From assembly GCA_947456025.1 (NCBI GenBank), contig CANGQQ010000001.1:1-49633 (forward strand): a DNA stretch of 49,633 bases, in the 5' to 3' direction. Each line of letters opens with the position of its first letter. Within the stretch, counting starts at the first letter, position 1. Below, in pieces: positions 18,838 to 28,561 of this stretch. The DNA is from Chitinophagaceae bacterium. GTDB taxonomy: Bacteria; Bacteroidota; Bacteroidia; Chitinophagales; Chitinophagaceae. The notes below the pieces were generated by a model that saw nothing but the letters and a program-made list of their open reading frames with translations, was not told where the DNA came from and made no database searches. Made by a program: the position numbers and the translations under genes.

Positions 18838-21069
18838 TGCCTTTTGCCCGGAAGCGAGCAAATACAGAACTCTGCCCAACTGTTCACGATTATCCTTGTT
18901 GTACACGGCTGCCGCAATATCCATTTTTTCACGTTGGGTCAAATGGAAACTCAAAGCTGCCCCTCCCTTTTTATAGACGGAGGTGCGGTAAGTAAAAACG
19001 AAATGATGCAGCGGCAATTCATTACGGGAATAACTCATCATACTGCCTTGCATATAGTCCTGAATCTTATAAAAATTATACTGAAGTGTTGTGAACGGCT
19101 TGTATAATATATCGCCCAGATTGGGTTCGGTCAAATCTTCATTCCACTCCCCTTTTTTACGATCCCGGATTTGAACGAACAGTACCCCCGATGTGTTTTT
19201 TTGAATCCAGTCGCTGAAAAAATGTAAAAACCTCAACGTAATTTCTTGTCCGTAGTTGTCTCTCAAACCCGCATCCATTACGTCCACAATGGGTCTGGTA
19301 GGCAACCACACGTTGGGTAATACATAAGGAAACGTGGCGTTCATTCTTAAAGCCGTTAAGAGGCGCAGGTTGTAAGGGTTCAGGTCCTTAAAATAGGCGC
19401 CGTAATCAATGGCATCCGGCTCTGCAGTAATTCCTGAAGCGCTGTCGTAGAGAGGTCGCATCAGAAAACTGATGGGCTGCGTACAAATCATCAGTTTCCG
19501 TCCGTCCTGTGAAATTGTTGAAGTGAAAATACCCAATGGGATACGTGCCTGATGTTCCAATTGCTGATAAGCCTTTAAATGATCGTTTAAAACACCACCG
19601 GTATTGTGCAACAGTTGCTGTTCAAATGCATACCCACGATCTTTTACATAACGATAAGGACCAACCGAAAACTTCTGGACGGGCGACAACATATCACGTG
19701 TTACGTAAGCAGAGAAAATGGGATTCAACAAATCCTTTGAGATATTTTCGGAAATAAATCCGGACTGTAAATCAACTTGCTCACCTAGTTGCTTTTTTCG
19801 ATACAACTCCCGGTAATAAGCAGCGCCTAACATGCCGCCGGAAGCACCCGAGAAACAAAATGTTTTTTGCATCAGCGTTCCACCCATCGCACTATCCAGT
19901 TGCCGGAGCATGTTGACCGAGAACGTAGCAGAACGTGTGCCTCCACCGCTGAAGTTTAAAATCATCATAAGTGGCTTGTCTTCTTTTTGATTTCTTTTCC
20001 ATTGCTCCAAAACAGCAATCATATTCAGACTATCCCTTCTGATTTTTTCAGGAGCACAGACAGATAAAATGGACTCCAAAGAATACTCCGGCCGTTTCGA
20101 CTTATCCTCATAATTCAAGCCAAATGCCTTGTTCCTTATATCCACAATTTCATACTGAAAAAGAACATTGAAGACCACTCCCAGAATAATAACAAGCGGA
20201 ATACTCCACGAACGCAACCAGAATACCAATGCTCCGGATGCAGCAATTAAAACGGAAAAAAAGACAAAAATACTCGCAGATGCAGGTAGTTGCATAAAAC
20301 GATAATCTAAAAACAAACCATACACAATCAAAAACACAAAGGCAATCAAAATAGCAGCGACTGCCGCAAAGTGATGCCGTTTGAAGATCGTTTCTAAAAA
20401 TGTTTCACTGTAATGGGATACACTTCTCGTTTTTCTTACGCTGGTTAAACTCGTTAAATAACTGTCGATCCGTACAAACGAACTCTTATTATCGACAGCA
20501 ACATCGGGCTTGAATTTTGAGAGAAATTGTTGCGGATTGTTTAAGACCGGTTGCAATGTTTTAATGATTGCCTTCTCCGAACCATAGAAATAAAAAAACG
20601 AGCACAATAAAATGGCAAAAAGTCCACCCAGAAAACCCCAGGCAATTAACAGTATTTGCCAGATATCCATCAACTCTTTGAACTTGTCGAAACGAACCAG
20701 TTGAATAAAATAATTGATTAAAAACAAAGCTGGAATAACACTGTTGTTTAAACAGTATTTTAGAAACGGACGAGTTGTAGTGGCCAAAAACTTAAAAAAA
20801 CTGCTGAACAGAATAAACGTGGTAATATGCCAACTCATTACAAAAATGCCATAAGCAGCGCCGACAAAAAAGCCGCTTACAAAGTTGATATTTCCCTGGT
20901 ATTCCGGAGCCAGGAACAAGGAAGCCGAACCGAAGTGATTCATAAACCCGCCACTGATGGTACTCCCCAGAAAAAACCAAAACAACAGCATTAACTGGTA
21001 TTTTCTGAAATGCAGAAAAAGCAACTGTACGGGCATGGAGTACCAGAAGGCAGGCAAATATCGTTTCAT
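18823..21069 (-). CDS. Membrane-anchored patatin-like phospholipase
   Basis: N-terminal TM helices, SGGGTRS oxyanion loop, GASGG nucleophile and DAG catalytic motif. Confidence 0.85.
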   Translation of the reverse strand: MKRYLPAFWYSMPVQLLFLHFRKYQLMLLFWFFLGSTISGGFMNHFGSASLFLAPEYQGNINFVSGFFVGAAYGIFVMSWHITTFILFSSFFKFLATTTRPFLKYCLNNSVIPALFLINYFIQLVRFDKFKELMDIWQILLIAWGFLGGLFAILLCSFFYFYGSEKAIIKTLQPVLNNPQQFLSKFKPDVAVDNKSSFVRIDSYLTSLTSVRKTRSVSHYSETFLETIFKRHHFAAVAAILIAFVFLIVYGLFLDYRFMQLPASASIFVFFSVLIAASGALVFWLRSWSIPLVIILGVVFNVLFQYEIVDIRNKAFGLNYEDKSKRPEYSLESILSVCAPEKIRRDSLNMIAVLEQWKRNQKEDKPLMMILNFSGGGTRSATFSVNMLRQLDSAMGGTLMQKTFCFSGASGGMLGAAYYRELYRKKQLGEQVDLQSGFISENISKDLLNPIFSAYVTRDMLSPVQKFSVGPYRYVKDRGYAFEQQLLHNTGGVLNDHLKAYQQLEHQARIPLGIFTSTISQDGRKLMICTQPISFLMRPLYDSASGITAEPDAIDYGAYFKDLNPYNLRLLTALRMNATFPYVLPNVWLPTRPIVDVMDAGLRDNYGQEITLRFLHFFSDWIQKNTSGVLFVQIRDRKKGEWNEDLTEPNLGDILYKPFTTLQYNFYKIQDYMQGSMMSYSRNELPLHHFVFTYRTSVYKKGGAALSFHLTQREKMDIAAAVYNKDNREQLGRVLYLLASGQKASGHD

Positions 21070-21122
21070 CACGAAGAAGTTACGACAAAGTATTCAAAGT
21101 TCTGTATTCGAAACAGAGAATC

Positions 21123-22187
21123 TTATGACGGTTCTTTACGAACTAAAAACAAAACTGCAGTTAAACTTAAAATCATACAGAGTCCGCCCAGTTGATGGAC
21201 CTGTGCAATCGTTTCAAACAGCCCCCACCGGTTGGGAACAATCAAATTGGCGGCAAGGACACTGATGATTCCTAAAACGATTTGCAATAGCACCAAGGTA
21301 AGCGGAATGAAACGCGTGGCCTGAAATAAGACAGAGCCTTTTACACGCGCAGAAACGACATACCAGGCTATCATAACGACAGCAATAAGGTAAGCGATAT
21401 TCCGATGAAAAAAATGAATGGTAATCTTGTTTTCAATAAAGTTCAACAGCAAAGGTTTGTCCTTAAACAACGTATCCGGAATCCATTGCCCCCCAATTGT
21501 AGGCCAGGTTGGCGCAGCGGTGGCTGCTTTATGTCCTGCCATCAGAGCTCCAAATAATAATTGGACAAGGACCAGAACCAATAACACCCATGTTATTGCT
21601 CTTGTACGATTGTGAGTTGCAATTTGCTGTTTTTTTACTTTGAGAGTAAGCGCAAACCAAAACGTATAGCAAAGCAGTCCCATTGCCAGAATAAAATGCA
21701 AAGCTAATCGGGTTGGTTTTACATAAACGGCGTCTCCCGTCAAACCACTGGCCACCATGATCCAACCTACGGCGCCTTGCAATCCGCCCAAAAGAAATAA
21801 AATAAGTAACGACTTGACCATTGATTTGTTAAAGGCCTGTTTCAACAAAAAATAAACAAACCCAACAGCAAATACCAACCCCATCAACCGGGCCCATAAA
21901 CGATGAATCCATTCCCAGAAAAAAATGAATTTGAAATCACGGATGGTAAAATCGAAATTGAGCAACTTGTATTGAGGCGTCAATTTGTATTTTTGAAATT
22001 CCTGCAACCAGGTCTGATCATTTAAAGGAGGCAACGTTCCCGTTACAACATCCCACTCGGTTATGGACAGTCCGGATCCCGATAAGCGTGTTACCCCACC
22101 CAGCAATACCTGAACTACCAGCATCCAAACGCCCAATAACAGCCAGTTGGATACCGCATTTGATGATACAGAAGATGCTTTGTTCAT
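21123..22187 (-). CDS. ctaA: Heme A synthase (COX15/CtaA)
   Basis: GGVTRLSGSGLSITEW, EWIHR, GWIMVASGL, HFFHR and VHQ histidine motifs. Confidence 0.95.
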   Translation of the reverse strand: MNKASSVSSNAVSNWLLLGVWMLVVQVLLGGVTRLSGSGLSITEWDVVTGTLPPLNDQTWLQEFQKYKLTPQYKLLNFDFTIRDFKFIFFWEWIHRLWARLMGLVFAVGFVYFLLKQAFNKSMVKSLLILFLLGGLQGAVGWIMVASGLTGDAVYVKPTRLALHFILAMGLLCYTFWFALTLKVKKQQIATHNRTRAITWVLLVLVLVQLLFGALMAGHKAATAAPTWPTIGGQWIPDTLFKDKPLLLNFIENKITIHFFHRNIAYLIAVVMIAWYVVSARVKGSVLFQATRFIPLTLVLLQIVLGIISVLAANLIVPNRWGLFETIAQVHQLGGLCMILSLTAVLFLVRKEPS

Positions 22188-22233
22188 GCCGGCAAAGGTA
22201 CATTGCGAAGCTGTTTTACTGCAAAATATATCT

Positions 22234-23895
22234 TCAATTCAACTGTAACTCGTCCATACAGGTTTTCCAAATACGATACCCGCCAGACAAGTTAAAGACA
22301 TCCATAAATCCAATCTGCAGAAGTAATCGTTGAGCTAAATAACCCCTTAAACCGCTTTCACAGTAAACAAAAATTCGTTTGCCGGTCGGCAATGCATCAA
22401 TATGTTCTCGAATCGTATCTAACGGAATGTTTACAGCGTTGTTTATATGCCCATTTGCATACTCTTCTTCTTTTCGTACATCCAGCAAAAAATCATGTTC
22501 GGCTAATTTTATTACCTCATCCCAGTAAAAAACCTGCAGCTGATGACGGATCAGATTTTCTGCAACAAATCCGGCAATATTAACCGGATCCTTTGCAGAT
22601 GAAAAAGGAGGTGCATAAGCATGCTCGTGCAAACACAAATCATCTACATTTTTCCCTAAAGAGACATAAGCAGACAACACATCAATACGTTTGTCGACTC
22701 CTTCAGCACCAACGCTCTGTGCACCCAACAAACGACCTTCCTCCGGATCAAACACTAATTGAATGATCAGGTTGGAATGGCCGGGATAGTAGGACGCATG
22801 TGAACTACTAGTGGTTGTTGAAACCTTGTATGGGATTCCTGTGCGACTCAGGTATTTTGAAGCCAGACCTGTTATACCAACTGTGAGATCAAAAATCTTT
22901 ACAATAGCCGAATTTACAGAGCCCTCATAGCTTTGCTTATTACCCAATATGATATTATTCGCACAAATACGACCCTGTTTATTCGCAGGACCGGCAAGGT
23001 AAGTGGGGCTCGACTTTCCTGTTATTGGACTGGGAAATTCAATTGCATCACCTACAGCATAAATATCAGGATCAGATGTTTGTAAATATGGATTTACCCA
23101 GATGCCATTTCCGTCACCAATACGAAGTCCGGCCGCTGAAGCAAGCCTTGTATCAGCACGTACCCCAATGGACAACAAAACAAGATCGGCCGTTTCGGAA
23201 GTTGTATGTTCAAGCAAAACACTTACTCCGGATGGGTTATGCTCAAAACCTACAACCTTTGCTTTCAGACGCAGTTTAATTCCTTTAGAACGAAGGTGCT
23301 GTTGAACGAACGCAGCCATCGGATAATCTAAGGGAGGTAAAATTTGTTCCGCCATTTCAATTACAACGACCTCCTTGCCGATCCGATGAAAATTCTCAGC
23401 CATCTCAAGTCCAATAAATCCGGCTCCGATGATGATAATTTTATTTACACCCTTGTTGCTAACGTATTGCTTTATTTTATCTGAATCCTGTATCGAACGA
23501 AGTGTTATAATTTTATCACTATTTATTCCCGGCAAGGATGGACGGATAGGCTCCGCGCCGGGAGCGAGAATTAACTTATCGTAGGTTTCAGAATATTCTT
23601 CGCCTGTGGCCAGATTCCTTGCCATCACAGATTTGTTCCGTGCATCTATTGAAAGGACTTCTGTGCGAATACGAACATCAATCCTAAACCGATCGTACAA
23701 AGATGTTGCTGTTTGAACAAACAATTGATCTCTGTTTTTGATGACAGAACCGATATAATACGGCAACCCGCAATTTGCAAATGAAACATGCGCACCCTTT
23801 TCGAAAAGGACAATAGCTGCCATTTCATCGAGCCTTCTTAAACGTGCGGCAGCACTGGCACCACCGGCTACTGCACCAACAATGAGATACTTCAT
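22234..23895 (-). CDS. CoA-disulfide/persulfide reductase with C-terminal rhodanese domain (CoADR-RHD/Npsr-like)
   Basis: GAVAGG FAD motif, SFANCGLPY redox Cys, GAGFIGLE, YAPPFS, and a rhodanese domain with CESGLR loop. Confidence 0.92.
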   Translation of the reverse strand: MKYLIVGAVAGGASAAARLRRLDEMAAIVLFEKGAHVSFANCGLPYYIGSVIKNRDQLFVQTATSLYDRFRIDVRIRTEVLSIDARNKSVMARNLATGEEYSETYDKLILAPGAEPIRPSLPGINSDKIITLRSIQDSDKIKQYVSNKGVNKIIIIGAGFIGLEMAENFHRIGKEVVVIEMAEQILPPLDYPMAAFVQQHLRSKGIKLRLKAKVVGFEHNPSGVSVLLEHTTSETADLVLLSIGVRADTRLASAAGLRIGDGNGIWVNPYLQTSDPDIYAVGDAIEFPSPITGKSSPTYLAGPANKQGRICANNIILGNKQSYEGSVNSAIVKIFDLTVGITGLASKYLSRTGIPYKVSTTTSSSHASYYPGHSNLIIQLVFDPEEGRLLGAQSVGAEGVDKRIDVLSAYVSLGKNVDDLCLHEHAYAPPFSSAKDPVNIAGFVAENLIRHQLQVFYWDEVIKLAEHDFLLDVRKEEEYANGHINNAVNIPLDTIREHIDALPTGKRIFVYCESGLRGYLAQRLLLQIGFMDVFNLSGGYRIWKTCMDELQLN

Positions 23896-24036
23896 CTTCT
23901 GTATATTTTTTAAATGTATTAACAAGAAACATCATCATGCAAACGATGCATTCATCACAACCAAAAAGCAAACACAACAACGAAGCAATCTGAAATGTAA
24001 AAACAGGCAATTCTATATTCTGTTCTGCACTCATAT

Positions 24037-24052
24037 TGTGACAAATCACACA
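24037..24052. promoter_or_regulatory. CRP-like box in the divergent CoADR/SQR spacer
   Basis: TGTGAcaaaTCACAca. Confidence 0.4.
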
Positions 24053-24096
24053 TAGCAGAACATAAATTTAAATTCGTTCAAGAATTAGCATTTGAC

Positions 24097-24132
24097 CTGA
24101 TAATTATCAGATCATGAACAACGGCACATCAT
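24097..24132 (+). promoter_or_regulatory. Tandem Crp/Fnr-like boxes upstream of sqr
   Basis: Perfect palindrome CTGATAATTATCAG, 8 nt, second box ending ATCAT, 22 nt, then GACTTTTA (24155-24162). Confidence 0.55.
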
Positions 24133-24212
24133 TTCCTCGGGCTCGACTACTTGCGACTTTTACAGCGTTAAAGATATTTTTCGAAAACACCCTTGGCTTT
24201 AAAGTAACTTAT

Positions 24213-25451
24213 ATGACGAAACAATTGGTAATTCTTGGAGCAGGAACAGCAGGAACAATGATGGCAAATCATTTACATCATCATCTACAAAAACCTGACT
24301 GGGCGATTACGATCATTGACGAACAGGAACATCATTACTATCAACCAGGCTACCTGTTTCTACCTTTTGATATTTATACACCGGAAGACATCATTAAAAA
24401 AGTTAGTGATTACATCCCTACGGATGTAACGCTCATACGAAATAAAATACGAGCGATAATACCGGAAACCAATAGCATACAACTTGAAAACGAAACCCAT
24501 ATCTCTTACGATTTGCTCATCATTGCAACAGGAGCGAAAATTGCGCCCGAGGAAATCGAAGGAATGATGGGACCCGAATGGCAAAAATCCATATTTGATT
24601 TTTATACGTTTGAAGGGGCGCTCGCACTTCGTAATAAACTAAGACAATGGGAAGGCGGCAAATTGGTAGTCCACATTACTGAAATGCCGATAAAATGCCC
24701 GGTCGCACCACTTGAATTTGCATTTCTTGCCGACTCCTACTTTAAACAAAAGTCCATTAGACAAAACGTAACGATTACTTATGTAACTCCTCTAAGCGGC
24801 GCTTTTACAAAACCCAAGGCAACTGCGACTTTGGAGCATCTGCTGCAAGAAAAAAATATTTTTATTGAAAGTGATTTTGCAATTGAACGAATCGACAACC
24901 AAAAAAAAGAAATCATAGACTATGGCGGCAAAAGAATCCCATTTGACCTACTAGTGACAGTCCCTACGAACAAAGGAGATGCTTTAATAGAACGATCCGG
25001 ATTAGGCGATGATCTAAACTTTGTGCCGACAAATAAAAAAACGTTGCAGTCTGAAAACCATGAAAACATTTTTGTGATAGGAGACGCCAGTAATATCCCC
25101 GCATCAAAAGCCGGATCTGTCGCACATTTTGAAGCAGAAATTTTAACCGAAAACATACTAGACTACATTAAAGGAAATCCTTTAAAACAAGAATACGACG
25201 GCCATGCTAACTGTTTCGTTGAAACCGGCGATGGCAAGGCGTTATTGATCGATTTTAATTACACACATGAACCCGTTGAAGGCAGCTTCCCATTTCCCGG
25301 AGTCGGACCACTCCGGTTACTGAAAGAAAGCAGAATAAACCATATGGGCAAACTAGCCTTTCGTTGGATCTATTGGAATATGTTGCTTAAAGGCACCCCC
25401 ATTCCATTTGTTTCGTCTGCAATGTCTGAAAAGGGAAAACAATTTTCATAA
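24213..25451 (+). CDS. sqr: Sulfide:quinone oxidoreductase (type III-like)
   Basis: GAGTAG, HYYQPG, IKCPVAPLE and ANCF redox cysteines, GDA..PASKAGS. Sulfur-gene context. Confidence 0.85.
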   Translation: MTKQLVILGAGTAGTMMANHLHHHLQKPDWAITIIDEQEHHYYQPGYLFLPFDIYTPEDIIKKVSDYIPTDVTLIRNKIRAIIPETNSIQLENETHISYDLLIIATGAKIAPEEIEGMMGPEWQKSIFDFYTFEGALALRNKLRQWEGGKLVVHITEMPIKCPVAPLEFAFLADSYFKQKSIRQNVTITYVTPLSGAFTKPKATATLEHLLQEKNIFIESDFAIERIDNQKKEIIDYGGKRIPFDLLVTVPTNKGDALIERSGLGDDLNFVPTNKKTLQSENHENIFVIGDASNIPASKAGSVAHFEAEILTENILDYIKGNPLKQEYDGHANCFVETGDGKALLIDFNYTHEPVEGSFPFPGVGPLRLLKESRINHMGKLAFRWIYWNMLLKGTPIPFVSSAMSEKGKQFS

Positions 25452-25468
25452 CTCCTAAAATACAAACC

Positions 25469-25777
25469 ATGGAAAGAACAATCGCAGGAAATACGATTTC
25501 CTTAAATGAAGAAGGATATATGACCAACTTCTCACAGTGGACAGAAGAAGTTGGCAAAGAACTGGCCACGGAAGCCGAGATTAACATGACCCCACGCCAC
25601 TGGGAAGTAATCAAGTACCTGCAAAAAGAACATCAGGACCAGGTAGCATTGAGCATTCGAAGAATTGGAAAAAGCGGAGTTGTTGACATCAAGGAATTCT
25701 ACCAACTTTTCCCTTTAGCACCATTAAAAACTGCTACTAAAATTGCGGGCATACCCAAACCAGCCAGTTGTATATAA
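25469..25777 (+). CDS. tusE: TusE/DsrC family sulfur-relay protein
   Basis: EEGY..W..E, HWEVI, YQLFP, KTATKIAGIPKPASCI with a single penultimate Cys. Confidence 0.9.
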   Translation: MERTIAGNTISLNEEGYMTNFSQWTEEVGKELATEAEINMTPRHWEVIKYLQKEHQDQVALSIRRIGKSGVVDIKEFYQLFPLAPLKTATKIAGIPKPASCI

Positions 25778-25794
25778 CCCCATAAATTATTTCT

Positions 25795-26277
25795 ATGAAA
25801 CAAGATAGTGAATCAATTCAAAAAATGATGATCATCCTTTCAAAAGGAACACTGGAAAATGTATATGCGGCTTTTGTCCTTGCAAATGGAGCAAGAATGG
25901 AAGGGATAAATGCAGATGTCTTTTTTACTTTTTTTGGCCTCGAAGCCATCCACAAAAAGAAACTCGAACATCTTCATGTTGCAACAGTGGGTAATCCAGC
26001 CATGCACATACCTACCATGATAGGAGGTTTGCCGGGAATGGAAGCATTGGCTACTTCGATGATGAAAAAAGAAATGGAAAAAATTGACATGCCCGACATT
26101 CTGGAATTTCTGGAAATCCTTACTGCCTCCGGCGTTAAACTATGGGCATGCAAGCTTGCTATGGATATGTTTCACTATAAAAAAGAAGATTTATATGAGG
26201 GCGTCGAAGACATTATAACTGTTGGTGATTTTTATAACAAAAGTCAAGGTCCCGGAACGCACATACTCTTCATCTAA
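25795..26277 (+). CDS. DsrE/DsrF/DrsH-like sulfur-carrier protein
   Basis: FFTFFGL and WACKLAMDMF conserved Cys motif. Confidence 0.88.
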   Translation: MKQDSESIQKMMIILSKGTLENVYAAFVLANGARMEGINADVFFTFFGLEAIHKKKLEHLHVATVGNPAMHIPTMIGGLPGMEALATSMMKKEMEKIDMPDILEFLEILTASGVKLWACKLAMDMFHYKKEDLYEGVEDIITVGDFYNKSQGPGTHILFI

Positions 26278-26403
26278 ATGAATAGATTACCGGTTGTAAA
26301 ACGCAATAAGTTGAAGGGATTGCAATAACGTTTCGTTTAATAAAAACAGAACTGCTGTATAAGTAATTGCGACGAAACTGTACACTCTTTGCATTTTCAC
26401 GGA

Positions 26404-26787
26404 CTAAAAGAGTTCCTTATGTCTTAATTGAAGGGATATCAACACAATAAAAAAAGCAATGATTAAATAGGTCCAGTTTAAGAAGTAATAAGACCGGGTA
26501 AAATAAATCTGAAACACAACCCATATGCATAAAATAAGGCCTGCAAACAAGGACCATAGAAATGCATTTTTTTGATCACGAAACACCTTCATAAAGGCGA
26601 TCAGATGCAAACCACCAATCATGACGACCAGTAATAAGCCGGGCATTAAAAAAGAAGAAAACTGAGTGCTGCTTAAAATTGAAACATCAAGCCCCCAAAC
26701 ACCTTTGCTATTAACCATCAGCAAAAGTCCAAAAGATATCACAGAGATGGCAACAAAACCGATTAACAACATCAAGAAGCGTTTCAT
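26404..26787 (-). CDS. Hypothetical 4-TM membrane protein
   Basis: Four hydrophobic segments and an FSSFLMPGLLL motif. Confidence 0.75.
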   Translation of the reverse strand: MKRFLMLLIGFVAISVISFGLLLMVNSKGVWGLDVSILSSTQFSSFLMPGLLLVVMIGGLHLIAFMKVFRDQKNAFLWSLFAGLILCIWVVFQIYFTRSYYFLNWTYLIIAFFIVLISLQLRHKELF

Positions 26788-26832
26788 GAAGTTTATTTTC
26801 GGTTAAGCTAAACAAACCGCTGCCGACGTTCA

Positions 26833-26868
26833 ATGATTGAAGTCCGATTGTAAATTGATCTTCATCAT
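26833..26868 (-). promoter_or_regulatory. Tandem Crp/Fnr-like boxes upstream of the 4-TM protein gene
   Basis: ATGAT-gaag-ATCAA, 8 nt, CGGAC-ttca-ATCAT, 22 nt, then TAGCTTAA (26803-26810). Confidence 0.55.
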
Positions 26869-26890
26869 CGGTAATGCAACTGTCTTATGA

Positions 26891-27421
26891 TCAATGCGGC
26901 AAACGCTCTCTGATCTTTCCGTATACCCAGGTGCCTGCAATTGCACTCAACAACACAACAAGTACTACAACTGCACCCGAGCCAACCAATGCATACAAGG
27001 GTCCGGGACAAGCACCGGTTAAGGCCCAACCCAGTCCAAAAAGCAACCCACCATAAATCTGAGAAATGCTGAATTGTTTTTTGACAAATTCTATTGGTTC
27101 GCCATAAATGGTTTTAATATTGAATTTCTTGATAAGAAAAACTGAAATCAATCCTACTGTGACAGCAGAACCAATGACTCCGTACATATGAAAGCTCTGC
27201 AGCTTGAACATTTCCTGAATACGGTACCACGAAACGATTTCCGCCTTAACAAAGACAACTCCAAAAAGCAATCCAACAAGTGCATATTTGAAATTGTACC
27301 ACCAGGGATGCTTCAATTCTGATTCATTGAAACAAACCGCATCCAATGATCGCATTTCAAAATCAGGATTTTGTTCCAAAAACTGATGATGTTGATCCTC
27401 CGTTGTATTGAGATTATTCAT
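26891..27421 (-). CDS. YeeE/YedE family sulfur-compound transporter subunit
   Basis: SWYRIQEMF and FGLGWALTGACPGP motifs. Confidence 0.9.
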   Translation of the reverse strand: MNNLNTTEDQHHQFLEQNPDFEMRSLDAVCFNESELKHPWWYNFKYALVGLLFGVVFVKAEIVSWYRIQEMFKLQSFHMYGVIGSAVTVGLISVFLIKKFNIKTIYGEPIEFVKKQFSISQIYGGLLFGLGWALTGACPGPLYALVGSGAVVVLVVLLSAIAGTWVYGKIRERLPH

Positions 27422-27427
27422 TTTGAA

Positions 27428-27991
27428 TCAAAGTTTTAAGATAAAGGGTAAAATCAAGTTGGTCATTAAAAAACCTCCCACCATAAATGCGATAGTAGCT
27501 ACCAGTGATGGACCTTGTAAATTGGACAAGCCCATTATAGAATGACCACTCGTACAGCCTCCGGCATAACGCGTACCAAACCCAACCATAAAACCGCCTA
27601 CAATCATTAAAAGAAATCCTTTAAGCGTAAACAAAGCTTGCCAATTAAAAAGCTGCTCGGGAACCAATCCATTGATGTCATTGACACCATAGCCTGCCAA
27701 TTCTTCAACCAAACGGGGATGAATTTGTATAGGTTCCGGATTAGGAAGAAAACTTGCTGCAAAAAAACTGCCCAGCACGATCCCCCCTACAAAAAAAAGA
27801 TTCCACACTTCTTTCTTCCAGTCGTATTTAAAAAAAGGAACATTTGCAGGTATGCAAGCCGCACAAATATGCCGCATAGAAGATGAAATGCCGAACGTTT
27901 TATTGCCAATTAACAACAAAATGGGAACAATCAGCCCGATCATTGGTCCGGCAACATACCAGGGCCAGGGCTTTTGAAGAAATTCAATCAT
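27428..27991 (-). CDS. YeeE/YedE family sulfur-compound transporter subunit
   Basis: PWPWYVAG, FGISSS and GFGTRYAGGCTSGH motifs. Confidence 0.92.
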   Translation of the reverse strand: MIEFLQKPWPWYVAGPMIGLIVPILLLIGNKTFGISSSMRHICAACIPANVPFFKYDWKKEVWNLFFVGGIVLGSFFAASFLPNPEPIQIHPRLVEELAGYGVNDINGLVPEQLFNWQALFTLKGFLLMIVGGFMVGFGTRYAGGCTSGHSIMGLSNLQGPSLVATIAFMVGGFLMTNLILPFILKL

Positions 27992-28111
27992 ATCATTAAA
28001 TGATTTAGGAATGTTCTGCAAATTACGACTTTGCCGAACGTTTTTACTGTGTTGTTTCCGAAGCCGACCATACCCAATATCGATAGGGATATGGTAAAAG
28101 AATAAACGCTA

Positions 28112-28318
28112 TCAGGAGCCGGATCGATCGGCTTTCCATAAGTTCCGGATCAATGCCCCCATGGTTGCACCGTACAACATACTGTTCCAAGGACTGGAAC
28201 TGATTGTACATCCTCCTTCGCAACCCCAAAAATACCAATAGGCAAAACCCAATACAGCGCCTGTAAGGATCCCGGGCAGATACCAAAAAAAACGTTTGAT
28301 GTAGCTTATAATATCCAT
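28112..28318 (-). CDS. Small membrane protein (DUF6132-like)
   Basis: GFAYWYFWGCEGGCTISSSP two-Cys motif. Tightly packed in the operon. Confidence 0.75.
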   Translation of the reverse strand: MDIISYIKRFFWYLPGILTGAVLGFAYWYFWGCEGGCTISSSPWNSMLYGATMGALIRNLWKADRSGS

Positions 28319-28320
28319 TC

Positions 28321-28560
28321 TTATTTAGTTACAGATGTGACCTCTTCGTAATCTATTTCTTCACTTCCTGCGTTGATGTTTTTGGTGTTTTTTGGCCCGG
28401 AACAAGTAACTCCACAGCAACTCCAATTCAATACCCCTTGTAACAGAAGTATACCGCCAATAACAGAAAGTACATACTGCCTGTATAAAAGACCTTGAAC
28501 CAACGCAGCCAACCCTACGATTACGCGAAATAAACGCATCCCATTCCAATTTGAGATCAT
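28321..28560 (-). CDS. Small membrane protein with CCGxxC motif
   Basis: Two TM helices followed by SCCGVTC and an EIDYEEV tail. Spacing to neighbours is 1-2 nt. Confidence 0.75.
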   Translation of the reverse strand: MISNWNGMRLFRVIVGLAALVQGLLYRQYVLSVIGGILLLQGVLNWSCCGVTCSGPKNTKNINAGSEEIDYEEVTSVTK

Positions 28561-28561
28561 A

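Noticed and set aside
23825-24049. 74-aa Cys-containing ORF upstream of CoADR
   Set aside because: It overlaps the CoADR start out of frame, covers the regulatory spacer and has no convincing motif.
25469-26277. Dissimilatory sulfate reduction or reverse Dsr pathway
   Set aside because: The protein lacks the second DsrC cysteine and no dsrAB or dsrMK genes are present.
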